A stretch of 64,000 nucleotides of DNA from Tetramitus jugosus (GCA_937625935.1 OW569395.1:124001-188000), one strand, 5' to 3'. Positions 1 through 11,713 are shown, counted from the first letter of the stretch. The notes: a model not told the origin generated them from the sequence alone. Translations and numbers: made by a program.

Positions 1-1
1 C

Positions 2-2173
2 AACTATCAGCTTCTCAATCTCACAAAGTATGTTCTTTGGAATTTTGGTGTGGCAGATGTGGATGATATTATCTTGAGTGCAAGTTCTACAATATCTCGA
101 TTAATTCAATCGAACAATGGCACTAACGACATCAGCTCAATGGCAGTCTCAACTCTCCAGAAATTGACAACTGTTGTATTGAACTCGAAGGAGCCAGATG
201 AAGAAGCGACTACCTTGTCTACAACGAGTTACACACTGGTTGCTTTCAAAACATACGGAAGCAGTCTTCAAAATGTGTCACTTGAAAGCAATTACTCTTC
301 GATTCGCTTGCCAGAGAATGTCATATCGAACTCGAATTCCGATTCAGTATTTTCAATGGAGTATTTCACCTATCCTGACCAGCACAGTGCTCTTTGGAAT
401 ACTGATATTGCAGCCAATATTTCCTCGAGTATCATTTCTGTGAGAATATTGGATGAGTCATTGAGAAAGATTGCAATCGAAGCATCTGAGTCAGATCCAC
501 TTGTTCTTGTGATCAAAAAGAATAATGAAACATCAACAGATGATGAACTAGCTACATTTACATGCCGATACTATGATGAGACAACAGATTCCGAGTGGGG
601 TACATATGGTTGTTGGTTGTACAACGAGACTGATGAATATGTGATCTGTCATTGCAATCATACAACCTCATTCGCAGCATTTGTGCAATATTCCAAGAAG
701 GATCTGGAGAAGCCACTCACAAAGGATACCAAGAACTTGTACTATGCAAGAATTGCATTCAATGCCTTCTTTATGATCATCATTGCGATTTTGGTCGTCT
801 TTTTGATTATTGTTCGAAACAGACAGCCAGTCAGATCCAGATTGTTTGCTCCATTGTTCTGCCTGCTTGCATTGTTTATTGAATGTTCATTGCAAGGTGT
901 TCTGCGTTCGGCACTTCTATCAGTGGATAATCGAGCGAAGATGGTCACTGCAATCAATGTGATTGGTGGAATCATTATCACAATCTCATGCCCTCTCTCA
1001 GTGACAGCCTTGTTCATTTACTTGTGGCAGAATGTTCGATACATGTTGATGAGACAGTATTATGAAATTATGGACTTGTTGGATGGCAAGATTCATTCAT
1101 CTCGATTGGCACAAGTATCCAAGTTGATCATCTCCAAAGCACTTTTCATCGTCTCATGTGTTCTCGTGTTTGTTCCATGCTTCATTTACTTCCTGGTGAT
1201 CTCAACTGTGGGAGGAGTAGAGAGCAGCAAATCTTCCACCACTGCAACTGCATTAACTATTTCAAATGCTGTTGTTTATCTGGGTCTGCTCGCATTGATA
1301 AGTATTGGAATTGTGATCACGTTCCTCTGGGATGCTTCGATTGGCAAGTTGCTCCAACAGAAGAAACTGAGAGCTAATTCTGAAGTAAGAACACCAAAGG
1401 AAACTCCAAAGGATGCACAAGACAAGTTGAAGAAGGTTGTGGAGCCAATTTCGAAACATTTCCTGAAGGATGATCCATTGTTCTTCAGGTTAGACGCCCT
1501 TCTCATCTCTTTCACAGTTTGTTTTGGCTTTGTTTACTTTGCACTTGGGATTGCAGTTCAATATGGAGGAAGCCATCTCCAGAGCACACCTATTCAGATT
1601 GCACTCCTTGTTTTCGAAATTGTATTTGTATTCTTGAGAATCTTTGCATTTGGTGGTGCTCTGGCAATTATTGTGCTTGCCAAATGGAGAAGAACTAACT
1701 TTGATCAGGCTCATTCAGAGATTGTGGATGAAGGAACGATGGAACATGTTTTGCTCGGTTTAATCAAATCAAAGCATGGAAACTTAATATTCAGAGATTA
1801 TTGTGTCAAGGAGTTTGCATTGGAGAATTTGTTGGCCTTCCAAGACTTGGACAAGTTGAAAGCTGATTGGAGTTCTTTGGATGAGGCACACAAGCAAGCA
1901 CGCTTTGATACTTTTTATTCACTCTATGTTCAGTCTGGATCTGATCTGGAAGTCAATATTCCAGGAGTGGTCAGAAAGCAAGTCAATCAGTTGAAACAGG
2001 ATATTCAGAGTGAAGTAGCAAAGGATGTGTGGCGAAAGTTGCTCTTGGCTCTGCTCCAAAATATCACAGACACATTCTCTCGATTCGTTGACACCATTGA
2101 GTATCAGCAATACATCCAACACAGCGAAATGAACAAGCGACTGGAAGATGTATCACTCTCTGTTGCCCTCTAA
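2..2173 (+). CDS. Adhesion-GPCR-like protein: GAIN/GPS motif + 7TM + C-terminal RGS domain (5' partial)
   Basis: Frame is open to the window edge. GPS motif CRYYD..EWGTYGC..VICHCNHTTSFA, then about 7 hydrophobic helices, then an RGS box (FRDYCVKEFALENLLAF..LEVNIP..DTFSRF). Confidence 0.85.
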   Translation, partial: NYQLLNLTKYVLWNFGVADVDDIILSASSTISRLIQSNNGTNDISSMAVSTLQKLTTVVLNSKEPDEEATTLSTTSYTLVAFKTYGSSLQNVSLESNYSSIRLPENVISNSNSDSVFSMEYFTYPDQHSALWNTDIAANISSSIISVRILDESLRKIAIEASESDPLVLVIKKNNETSTDDELATFTCRYYDETTDSEWGTYGCWLYNETDEYVICHCNHTTSFAAFVQYSKKDLEKPLTKDTKNLYYARIAFNAFFMIIIAILVVFLIIVRNRQPVRSRLFAPLFCLLALFIECSLQGVLRSALLSVDNRAKMVTAINVIGGIIITISCPLSVTALFIYLWQNVRYMLMRQYYEIMDLLDGKIHSSRLAQVSKLIISKALFIVSCVLVFVPCFIYFLVISTVGGVESSKSSTTATALTISNAVVYLGLLALISIGIVITFLWDASIGKLLQQKKLRANSEVRTPKETPKDAQDKLKKVVEPISKHFLKDDPLFFRLDALLISFTVCFGFVYFALGIAVQYGGSHLQSTPIQIALLVFEIVFVFLRIFAFGGALAIIVLAKWRRTNFDQAHSEIVDEGTMEHVLLGLIKSKHGNLIFRDYCVKEFALENLLAFQDLDKLKADWSSLDEAHKQARFDTFYSLYVQSGSDLEVNIPGVVRKQVNQLKQDIQSEVAKDVWRKLLLALLQNITDTFSRFVDTIEYQQYIQHSEMNKRLEDVSLSVAL

Positions 2174-2330
2174 ACAATCAACAATAAACAACAAGGTCCA
2201 TTTATTATATTAGAAGAACCTAACTTTTTCCTTCCAGCGGCCAAATCCCTCTTTGATTGAAGATTCAGTCATTTCGACAAAATGTTTTTCCAGCTGGAAA
2301 ACGACTGAGAGAAAACAAGAGAGAGCAAAA

Positions 2331-2729
2331 ATGTCATCGTCCAAAACACCTCCTACCAACAACACCAATAACAAGGATGATGACGAAAAAATAGACATGC
2401 TCTTCACAAGGTATGCCTACTTTACACAAGAACCCATCACATTCAAGAGCAAAGATCCCAATGAAGCTGAAAATGTGTGCAATCAAGAGCTCAATGCATT
2501 CACACATTGTGAACTGATGCACAAGCAGAATGCTGCTGAAGAGTGCGAAGGTTTCAGAGAAGCTTTCATTCAGTGCCAACGCGACTACAATCAGAGGGAA
2601 AAAACAAATGAAGAGCGCGTAAAAATGATGGCGCAAAAACTGTATTTTTTACAGGACGGGGAAACGTTTGTGCAAGAAAATGTGCCTTCGAGCTATGATG
2701 TCGAACAAATGAAAAATCGGAGGTTTTAA
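2331..2729 (+). CDS. Small twin-CX9C (CHCH) protein, probably mitochondrial intermembrane space
   Basis: C-NQELNAFTH-C and C-EGFREAFIQ-C, both exact CX9C; ATG at 2331. Confidence 0.65.
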   Translation: MSSSKTPPTNNTNNKDDDEKIDMLFTRYAYFTQEPITFKSKDPNEAENVCNQELNAFTHCELMHKQNAAEECEGFREAFIQCQRDYNQREKTNEERVKMMAQKLYFLQDGETFVQENVPSSYDVEQMKNRRF

Positions 2730-3050
2730 TCACAAACATGAATGTGAACTGTATGCAGGGTTGATGACTTTCAACAAGACAGGAATTTTCAATGATTGTA
2801 AAGAATATTGGTTGTTAGTTTCTACTTACTTTTGATTGTTGTCGTTGTTCATCACGTTAGGTTGGTAGTGGAGTCATACAAGAGCTTGTGTGGTCTTGTT
2901 ATGCTCGTCCACTCGCTCAAGTACATTATTATTATATTAATATATTGTATTGAGTAGAGCCCAAAACTATCGAACGGAGTAATCCAATCCTTTCGGAAGA
3001 ACCAGAAACAAAGAACATTTCATTTGAAAAAAAATTGCCAGATCAAGGCC

Positions 3051-4457
3051 ATGCGTCATCGGTTCTTGTTTCAAGCCAGGAGACTGGTCTATCATTTGTG
3101 GGTTCCTCTTTTCTCAAAGGTACTTGGTAAGTTTGGCTATGAGCGTCTGATCCGCCAACCCCAAATCTTTGAAAAACAAGTCTTCTATAGGTTGGATCGT
3201 CAAGATAGCTTTGACTTTACCAAGAAGTATATCCATTCTTGGCTCATTGTACCTCATTTGGATCTCCTGTTTCTGCAAGCTGCTAACTGGAACAACATTC
3301 AAGTCATGGAGTACCTGTTGGATCGGAAGCTCGTGTCCATCGATGCACAATATCAAGGTAGAACCGCGATCATGCAGGCTGCAAAGAATGGAACGTTACA
3401 AGCACTCGAACTGTTGTTGAATCGAGGTGCAAAAATGCCTTCGACCATACTGTTCGAAATAGGTTGGTTTTCTGGGCCTCACGACAGGACAGTCAAGTTT
3501 CTTTTGGAGCACGGTGCTGATCCACATGTGCGATTGAACGGAAAGGGAATTCTTGGTCACCTAAGTCCATTTCTTTCAATTAATTATCTGAATGAATTGA
3601 AGAAGGTTCTTCCTGTGAGTAAGGAGGAGTTGAATGAAGCACTACTCTATCTCACAAAAACTCGCTATGGCTTCCTAGAGAAAATTCAATGGTTGGTGGA
3701 GAATGGTGCAGATCTATCCGCACGGGATCCAGAAACACAACGAACACCTCTACTTAATTCTTCCATACACCCAGATGGAGAAGCAATCAGATTTATGTTG
3801 GATCATGGAGCAAATATCCTTGATCGTGATGCAAAGGGTCGCAATATTTTGTTTTTATTGGGAGAAGGATCGTTGAATTTGTTTAAGTTTTTAATTGATG
3901 CAGGAGCGAGAATTGATGATAAACTGCAAGGGAACATTGGTCTTGTTTCTCATCTTTCTGCCTACGGTAGTCATCCTCAATATCTGGAGTACATTCTAGA
4001 CGAGAAGGGTTTGAGTGCCAATGAACTTGACGACGATGGTCGATCAGCCCTGGTGAGAGCTGTTAGCATAGGGAGATCCCACAGAATAATTCGATCACTA
4101 TTGAAGAGGGGAGCGGATCCAGCCTTTGGTAGAAGGTCGTTTGACAATGCTTCAGCGATTCACATTGCTGTTGGAGCTACCAATGTTCAAATAACAGAAT
4201 TTCTTTTAGAGTATGGTGCAGATGTAAATACTAGAGATTCTAAAGGGAATACTCCATTGATCATCACCGCAGAGTATGCAGGAACAAAGATGGCTACATT
4301 GCTTCTCAAGCATGGGGCTGATATCTTAGCTCGAAACAATGAGGGGAAGACTGTTGTTGATGTCGCTGCAGAGAAAAAGTTTTATGAACAGGAAAAAGAA
4401 TACCGGGACCTTCTTTCTCATCACATGCTTTTATCCAAAAATCGAAACTGTAAATAG
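3051..4457 (+). CDS. Ankyrin repeat protein
   Basis: Multiple ankyrin repeats (GRTAIMQAA..LLLNRGA, LLEYGADVNTRDSKGNTPL, LLKHGADILARNNEGKT). Confidence 0.9.
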   Translation: MRHRFLFQARRLVYHLWVPLFSKVLGKFGYERLIRQPQIFEKQVFYRLDRQDSFDFTKKYIHSWLIVPHLDLLFLQAANWNNIQVMEYLLDRKLVSIDAQYQGRTAIMQAAKNGTLQALELLLNRGAKMPSTILFEIGWFSGPHDRTVKFLLEHGADPHVRLNGKGILGHLSPFLSINYLNELKKVLPVSKEELNEALLYLTKTRYGFLEKIQWLVENGADLSARDPETQRTPLLNSSIHPDGEAIRFMLDHGANILDRDAKGRNILFLLGEGSLNLFKFLIDAGARIDDKLQGNIGLVSHLSAYGSHPQYLEYILDEKGLSANELDDDGRSALVRAVSIGRSHRIIRSLLKRGADPAFGRRSFDNASAIHIAVGATNVQITEFLLEYGADVNTRDSKGNTPLIITAEYAGTKMATLLLKHGADILARNNEGKTVVDVAAEKKFYEQEKEYRDLLSHHMLLSKNRNCK

Positions 4458-4745
4458 TTATTTCTTTAATCAAATCTTTACCAATCAGTGGAGTACCTCC
4501 TGTGCTTACATGGTCATATCTTAAGAAAATTGTTTTGAAACGGTAAAATAGCAAAACTCAGTGAGTGCCACACCATGAACCGTCAAATCTCATCAAATAG
4601 ACAATCATCCTAGTGCATTTCAATAGTACACATGTACTATTGTTTATTCAGTACGGATTGGGACACTCTGCTGGCTAACTCTAAACATTCTATTGCATTT
4701 CCTTGCACGTTGGTGATCTGCTGGGCGATTACCCTTGCCCTGCAC

Positions 4746-7722
4746 CTAGAGTATTCTTCTTCTTTTTCTTGCCCTTGGCTCATCTATGTTTGCAATTGTC
4801 AGTGAGAGTCTAGAGCATATGTCGTCACGTCCCGAACCCATGGCAATCATAGTAGCATTTCTTCCATCATTTTCCAGCGGCTGAACAATCAATTGTAATA
4901 GTATATCCGGATATCTTTCTTTCCAATTCCGGATGATACATTCACACAAAGAATAACTTCTTTCAGCGGCAATGTGCAAAAGATTGGGTTTTGTTTCTCG
5001 AGTTTCATCGCTTACCAGTATATTGTCGGTGACAGCCATCAATTCCTCAAACATGGAGAGATCTAATGCCACCTCCGTTGCAAGGTACATGACAGGGATT
5101 GGAGCAATCACACCATCGTTCTTGCTCTTAAAGACAGGCTGGTTGGCAATGTCACTCAACTTGATTGATAATTCTTTCAACAAGTGTAACCCACTATAAG
5201 CCTCAAGCAAAATTTGAAGTGGACTCACACCACATATATCTTTCAAATCTACTTCATTCGATTCTTCAGCTCGTTCATAAAGCATTTCAGGGTGATGTTT
5301 AAGGCAAAGGATTGCACAATATTTCGCAACATGATAATCTCCTTCCTCAGGCGAATCACCATCCTCTATTTCAATGATATCCCTTACAATAAAATGCAAA
5401 GCAGTCAATCCATGTTTCATTCTTGGAGCCAAGAGCTTTGACCATTGGGCGGACAATACCGATGGTGTATGGATAAGTGTACTAATTAAGGCGTAATTCT
5501 TCTTGCGAAGTGCGGATGTAAGAATAGTTTCTCCTTCATCATTCTCAAGATCAACTTGGGCTCCTGCTGCAATCAATTCGACAAAGCAGGCAGCTTCAAA
5601 TTTGTCTTGATTGAGGACAGCAAAATGTAACAGGGCGTTTTCTCTTTTCTCATTCAGTGAGTTAGCACTAAAACCATTCTTCAGTAACCATTGGATTGTT
5701 TGAACATTGGGTCTTACCAGAGAGGCATGAAGTAAATTTCCACAAGATGTTTGATAATCTTTCAATGTTTGCTTCTTGAAGCAAGGCAACTTGATGACTT
5801 CTTCAAGGAAACTCGGAAAATCGAATTCATGGACAGAATTGAGGAAAATCAGTTCAAGAGGAGTCTGAGCCATCGTATTTCTTTCGAACATGAAACTCTC
5901 AGGACAAACTGAACAAAGGTATTTCACGAGATCAATATCTACCATGCTGAAGACAGAATGAAGAACATTGTTCCCAGCTCTGTCCACTGAAGTGAGGGAA
6001 GCTCCTGCTGATATCAGGTATTTGATTGGTTCCAAACTCTCGGTGATCCTTGATTGATCCTTCAGACAGTCTATTGACTCAAAGAACAGCTGAATTAGTG
6101 GAAGATCTCTTTGATTATCATCAATAAATCCATCCAAATTTCCAATGGTAATTAATTCAGGCTTCTTCTTCAACAAGTATTCCATCAAGTCAGCTAGGAT
6201 CGAAGAATCTGGAAGAGCAAAAAATGCCTCCACAAGATAATTTCGAACCCCATTGACAACCATTGAAGGGTTGTAAGTTTCTATGATCCTCTCGATCATG
6301 TTCAAGTCTTGTTCTCTTGAACATTGCGCGATCAAACCGCTGAGGAGAGTACCCGGTGGCGAATCTTCTTGTTCCACATAGGTGCTGTCAATCTGAAACA
6401 CTAATTCAGGGTATTTCACTCTCCCTTCGTCTGTGATCAACGCCAGGATTGTGGGTAATTGTTTGCGACTGGTACTGAGAACAAACTGGGCGTCCAACTT
6501 GGTATGCGGTCCGAGTTGAAACTCCTTGTCAGTTACTGGCAGAGAGAGAAGTGGTTGGAAATAAGGATGCTCTCGCACAGCAATATCAATCATTACTTCC
6601 ATGATTTCATCAGTGATTTTTCTCAAGTTGCTTATGAGAGATAGGACAATCCCCTCTTTCTTTGACATGTAATTCAAATAGTCACATACTTGGACATTGG
6701 AAAAAACTGATTGATTAGATGATTGATTAGATGGATAAGCATTATCAGATGGCGACCCCACTACTGACACGTAAAAGTGTGAGTAAATGTCCCTGAGAGA
6801 TTCCCAATCATTGCTAGTTAATTGATTGCGAGGCAGAAACACTCAGGAAAAAGAGAAATTATGGATATCAACGATTGGTGAATTAGTGGGGCGATACAAC
6901 GATTCGTTGATTAATTGTCGTCCCTTGTCCGAAAATATCTTTAGCATCTCCAAAACCTTCAGATCAGTGCTGTACCCCACAGTGACACCAACAAAGTGGA
7001 GGTTCTTGGTCGAACTTGGTAACCAAGTTGCAATTAGTTCCCATTGGCTCCACTCCATCTGATTCTCTAGTTCGTACTTCGAATACATGTCGTAACGACT
7101 CCCAGTGCCCAAGATATCCAATGTTTCCAATTGAAGTAATTTTGGTAACATTGCAACCACACAACGATTGAAATTTGTAGTGCCCAGGGAACCGAAGCCC
7201 AATCGTAGGTGATTCACATTGGGAAATGTATTGGCCAAAAAAGTAAACAAATGAGTCTTGTCATCGTAGCGGGCTTGAACATCAATAGTACTCAATCGAC
7301 AGTGTTCTCCGATAAAGCCAATGGGCTTAAATTGAACCAATGTTTTCTGACGATTGTCCAATCTAATATAGTATTTTGGTCTGCCATCGTCGATAAGACT
7401 CAGATAAGTTACTTTTGCATAAATGTGCTTATGAAATTCATTGAACCACTGATGGCATAAAATTTCTAAGCATGAAATAATAGGGAAAAGCGGGGACAAA
7501 TGACATGATCAAATGAAAGATCTCTCTGGGAATGGCACACGTACAGCCACCCATGACAAAAAAACCATTGTCTGCCTTGTCCCAAATTTCATTGGGTTGT
7601 TGGGAAGTGTCATGAGCTTCAGATTCTATTCTCGAAGTATCCTCATAATAGTTTCGTTCATTGAATTGGTAAGAGCACCTGTCTTCTTTGGTCAAGTTAC
7701 CAAAAGCAGCAACTCTACTCAA
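4746..7722 (-). pseudogene. Interrupted F-box/LRR-like + ankyrin repeat gene (frameshift near 7500, in-frame TGA at 6843-6845)
   Basis: ORFs 6843-7499 and 4746-6842 are in the same frame, separated only by TGA. An F-box-like motif (IPREIFHLIMSF | SPLFPIISCLEILCHQW) is split over two frames. Ankyrin repeats lie downstream (GNNVLH, GETILTSAL, GLTALH). The 4746-6842 part could still be an intact gene. Confidence 0.55.
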
Positions 7723-7847
7723 TGTTGTGTTGTTGCTTTGAACTTTGAATTGTGTGGGGTCTGCTGCAAATACGATCTGTCATGGTTTTTAAAAACGTGC
7801 ATGAGGAAAAAAGCACAGGGAAACATCTTCTATGAACTTTCTTTTTA

Positions 7848-9659
7848 TCAAGTTGAACCTGATTCGATATCTTCCGGTATGAGCCTCTCTAAGCTTGAAA
7901 AGTCCAACTGGATAATATCTTCTCTCAGCCTGTAATACTGGTCTAGTTTGCTTCTGAGAGAATGAGCCACTTTGTCCTTGAAGATGACCAATTCTTGCGA
8001 AACTTTTGCACTTTTTTCCTTCAATTCTTGGATTTCTTCTTCGTACTCGTGGATTTTAACCACATTGTCCTCCCTTTCTTTGAGCAACTTATTGTTCATT
8101 ACTCTCAATTTTTGTACTTCCTCCCTGAGACTTTCAATATCATTTGAACTCTCTCCTGAATCCTTCGATGTACCTTGTATGGTTTTAGATACATTGATTT
8201 GTTTGAGAGACGGTGGCAATGTACCATGTTCAAAATTCTTCTCATCTTCTTCTAGTAATAACGGACTGTAATAAACTCGTTCTCCGTCTTGATCCAACGC
8301 CGCACAGATGATTGTGTATGTGAAAGAGTTGTATAGGTGATTGTATCTCTCATCTGGATACTCTACCACAGGGAACATCCACTCATTCAAGTACGTTCTC
8401 ACATTAGGGAATTCTTTGTGATGATCTTGGAGAAAGTATATTACATGGGCTCCATGAGCAATCCCATCCGTTGTTCGAGGATGAGAGTCAAAAACAAGGA
8501 AGAATGGTTGATACTCGTTGTCGTTTCTATAATACAAAAGAATAGTCTCTGGTTGCTTTGTTATCACAGCGCAGACGCTAGATTGATTTCTCTTCGCTGC
8601 TGATATCATGTTGTTCATCATTGCTTCAAAGGATAGGTCTGAGATTGTATCTGTGTACGCATCTAGCACACGCAATTGTTTCAGGAATCTCTCCTTTGAG
8701 TTGTACACTTCACTAAAAGATTGGCGACCGAGTTGAGAATCTTGCATACATCCTTGTTTCAAGATTCTATCGATTACTCTATCATTCCAAGCTTTGATAT
8801 TTAAGGTATCTATCACATCAAAAAGAATTTGAGTTGCAGCTTCTATCGCGATGGTTGTGCAGGCTTCTCTTCCATCGAACGAGTACTGATCCTTTATGCT
8901 AGAAATTATTAGCACATTTTCTATCTTCAATCGATGACTCGACAAGCTTTGAGCATATCTCCAATGACATGTCGACTCGTAATCGCACAAGTTCATTGCA
9001 ATAAGTTTGTTACTGTCACGGTCTTGGTCTTTTGGCTTAGCAGTGAATGAAGAAACAGATTTCACAATTGCTTCTCTCGTTGGAGCACTGCCTGAGTCAA
9101 TAGAATCAAAAGAACGATTCACTGAACTCGAGGAACTGCCCGAGGAACTTCCATTTTCATTATTTACATCTTCATCTTTGCTCATCACGTCCATCAACTT
9201 TCGTCCACACCATGAATACCCACCATAGATGTGCTTGTTCAGTTCTTTTTCATCGTTAAAACTCTTGGAGCATATGGGGCAAGAAAACTCTGAATTCAAC
9301 AGTTTTGGACTTAAACTACTGCTTTTTCTCACTGTTTCATCTCTTGAATTACTATTTGGTACATTGATTGATCTATGGGACTCACGTAAGTTCAGTTCAC
9401 TTTGAGGAGAAGTCCTATTGATATGGCGATCATCGAGATACCCTCTTTTCATATCATCACTACCTTTCAGTGTATGCTTGTACCTTTGAATCTCTGGTGA
9501 GGGTCGCGAGCTAAGAACCGAGCTAGAAATAGTTGACATCCTTGTTCTTGAACTAGGAGAACTGTCCAATGAAGAGCTACCGAGTGAAGACCTTGGAGTC
9601 GAAGATGATCTCTTTGAGAACAATGGAGAAGATGCATTAGATGAATTCAAACCGCTCAT
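7848..9659 (-). CDS. Herpesvirus-tegument-like (peptidase C76/VTD-type) deubiquitinase with UBZ-like zinc finger and C-terminal coiled coil
   Basis: DQYSFDGREAC (Gln..Cys), WNDRVIDRILKQG and FLVFDSHPR motifs; CPICSKSF..LNKHI..C finger; ATG at 9659. Confidence 0.65.
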   Translation of the reverse strand: MSGLNSSNASSPLFSKRSSSTPRSSLGSSSLDSSPSSRTRMSTISSSVLSSRPSPEIQRYKHTLKGSDDMKRGYLDDRHINRTSPQSELNLRESHRSINVPNSNSRDETVRKSSSLSPKLLNSEFSCPICSKSFNDEKELNKHIYGGYSWCGRKLMDVMSKDEDVNNENGSSSGSSSSSVNRSFDSIDSGSAPTREAIVKSVSSFTAKPKDQDRDSNKLIAMNLCDYESTCHWRYAQSLSSHRLKIENVLIISSIKDQYSFDGREACTTIAIEAATQILFDVIDTLNIKAWNDRVIDRILKQGCMQDSQLGRQSFSEVYNSKERFLKQLRVLDAYTDTISDLSFEAMMNNMISAAKRNQSSVCAVITKQPETILLYYRNDNEYQPFFLVFDSHPRTTDGIAHGAHVIYFLQDHHKEFPNVRTYLNEWMFPVVEYPDERYNHLYNSFTYTIICAALDQDGERVYYSPLLLEEDEKNFEHGTLPPSLKQINVSKTIQGTSKDSGESSNDIESLREEVQKLRVMNNKLLKEREDNVVKIHEYEEEIQELKEKSAKVSQELVIFKDKVAHSLRSKLDQYYRLREDIIQLDFSSLERLIPEDIESGST

Positions 9660-9871
9660 TTTTCCTTCTTTGTGTTTTAAAATTATGTTCTGGCGGCCAA
9701 TGAGAATTGTAAAGATGTGATCCGCTCGGTAGTTACCCCGAAACTGAACACACAAGTAGTCACAGTACGGCGGAATCCTGAGTCGCAACACCAAAGTGAA
9801 ACACCTCTCCAAAAGGATACGCTTTAGATCTTGTATTTTTAAGCTCGCACAACACCAAAGGTCAGGTTCCC

Positions 9872-11665
9872 ATGGGCAGAAAGAAGATTATCATTGAGAG
9901 AATTACAGATGAAAGAAACAGGGGAGTCACATTCCAAAAGAGAAAAACTGGACTAATGAAAAAGGCCATGGAACTTAGCATCTTATGTGACTGTCAGATA
10001 GCTCTTCTGATAATTAATGCCAAGGGAAAACTCTTCCAGTACTCTACTCAAAACAACATTGATGAATTTGTGGACAAGTGTTTGAATCAGATGAAGCCAC
10101 ACGAGAACAAAACTAATGATCAATTACTTACCATTGTGAAAGAAAAGGAGCAGAGATCCAAGTACCTTCAGTCTGAAAATAAGAAGAAGCAAGAATTGAT
10201 TGAGCAAAAGGTGTCTGAGAGTGGCTACACGGGAAGTATGAAGCCAATTATCACCAAATTCGTGAATCATAGCGTGGGAAACAATGGTAAGATCTCATCC
10301 ACCGAGGATCATCACTTGCAAGCTCTTCCGAAACCTCCAGGAGAGAAATCGGAAACAATAAGCACAGCATCAACATCAACACAGCCATCGTCAACCATTA
10401 CTTATCCTCATCATTGTAGCTCTACCTCCTCATCATCTACTCCTACAACTCCCGTCGTAACATATTCCACTCAAATTCTTACTTCGAGCCCTGGAGAAAT
10501 GAACACGAATTATCCACCAGGTGCATCAAGTTCGTACTTTGTACCAATACCATCATCACCCACAAACTCTACTCATTCACGTCCTACACACACTCAAAAA
10601 AACTATCTCCCTATCACTCAAAATCATCAACAGTCATATCCTACTTCTGTTTCTGTGCCATACAATATGCAAATAGATTCTATTCAGAAATTGGGAGAAT
10701 ATAATCAAACACCAACAGACGAGGGATTAAGTAGAACTCTGATTATGGATCGAAATGCGATACATCCAAGAAACCCTACCGAAAGACACACCGAACTTCT
10801 CAGTAGAAACTCGGAAGACAAGGGAGGAGCCTTCTACCAGCCTGTGACTTCCTCATCCTCTGATATGACTACAAACCAGATGTATATATACCCACAAAAT
10901 GTTTCGTTGTCGGAACCTGTCACTTCCATGCAAGCATCTTCTGACTTCCGAACAGAGAATCGCTCTCCTCCTGGGTGCTTCACTCTCGTTGATCAAACAC
11001 CACTCATACCTTCGATCCAAATTGAGCGCCCTCCAGGGAACTCCCCATCTTCCCCCATATCACTCGTCAATGGCTCCCCCTATGTTGTTATGTCTCCTCA
11101 TCCCTCGCCTACCGCTATTAAAACAGAGCGCGATTCGGATAAGAAGCGGAAATTCCAGACCTTAACAATAGATGTACCCCCAGAGGATGAGTCAACGGAA
11201 AGTGTATCACAAGGTGAAACTGTGATTATACACCATCCAAAAATTCCAAAGTTGACTTCTCCACATATGCTTGGACCACTCACCCAAATGAGTCCTCGAA
11301 GCGGAACTTCTCCAGGGTTGATTAGATCTTCACCAAAGATATCTTTCGATTCCTTCAGTGCAACACAACCATCTTACCCTGGCAGCACGAGGTCATTTAT
11401 TCCACGATTACCACTACCTAACGAGGAACTGTCACAAGACGAGCTGCACTTGCAACTCTTGAATTCTCCTCGATTTTCTCTAACGGAAGGAGAGATGGAA
11501 ATCTCACCCTCTTCCTTTAGACAACTGTACAATGTCCACACTCCTCGATCATTCGATCTCTGTATCTCTCCCTCGTCGGCAGTTCACAGCCTATTCTACA
11601 ATACATCCACGAGGCATTTAGGTGGTCACATCAACTTTGACCACCCACCAACAAACGAATCATAA
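9872..11665 (+). CDS. MADS-box transcription factor (MEF2-type)
   Basis: MGRKKIIIERITDERNRGVTFQKRKTGLMKKAMELSILCDCQIALLI followed by an S/P/T-rich tail. Confidence 0.95.
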   Translation: MGRKKIIIERITDERNRGVTFQKRKTGLMKKAMELSILCDCQIALLIINAKGKLFQYSTQNNIDEFVDKCLNQMKPHENKTNDQLLTIVKEKEQRSKYLQSENKKKQELIEQKVSESGYTGSMKPIITKFVNHSVGNNGKISSTEDHHLQALPKPPGEKSETISTASTSTQPSSTITYPHHCSSTSSSSTPTTPVVTYSTQILTSSPGEMNTNYPPGASSSYFVPIPSSPTNSTHSRPTHTQKNYLPITQNHQQSYPTSVSVPYNMQIDSIQKLGEYNQTPTDEGLSRTLIMDRNAIHPRNPTERHTELLSRNSEDKGGAFYQPVTSSSSDMTTNQMYIYPQNVSLSEPVTSMQASSDFRTENRSPPGCFTLVDQTPLIPSIQIERPPGNSPSSPISLVNGSPYVVMSPHPSPTAIKTERDSDKKRKFQTLTIDVPPEDESTESVSQGETVIIHHPKIPKLTSPHMLGPLTQMSPRSGTSPGLIRSSPKISFDSFSATQPSYPGSTRSFIPRLPLPNEELSQDELHLQLLNSPRFSLTEGEMEISPSSFRQLYNVHTPRSFDLCISPSSAVHSLFYNTSTRHLGGHINFDHPPTNES

Positions 11666-11713
11666 AAGGAAGAAGAATTGAACTAGAAATGTTGGTTTTA
11701 TCCGAGACATCAC

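Noticed and set aside
4621-4642. Perfect inverted repeat CAATAGTACA-CA-TGTACTATTG
   Set aside because: Isolated AT-rich 10-bp stem between convergent genes with no other support.
6843-6845. UGA as selenocysteine or a reassigned stop codon
   Set aside because: Other genes end at TGA (7848, 11714, 28249), no SECIS was seen in 4560-4745, and the gene also has a frameshift.
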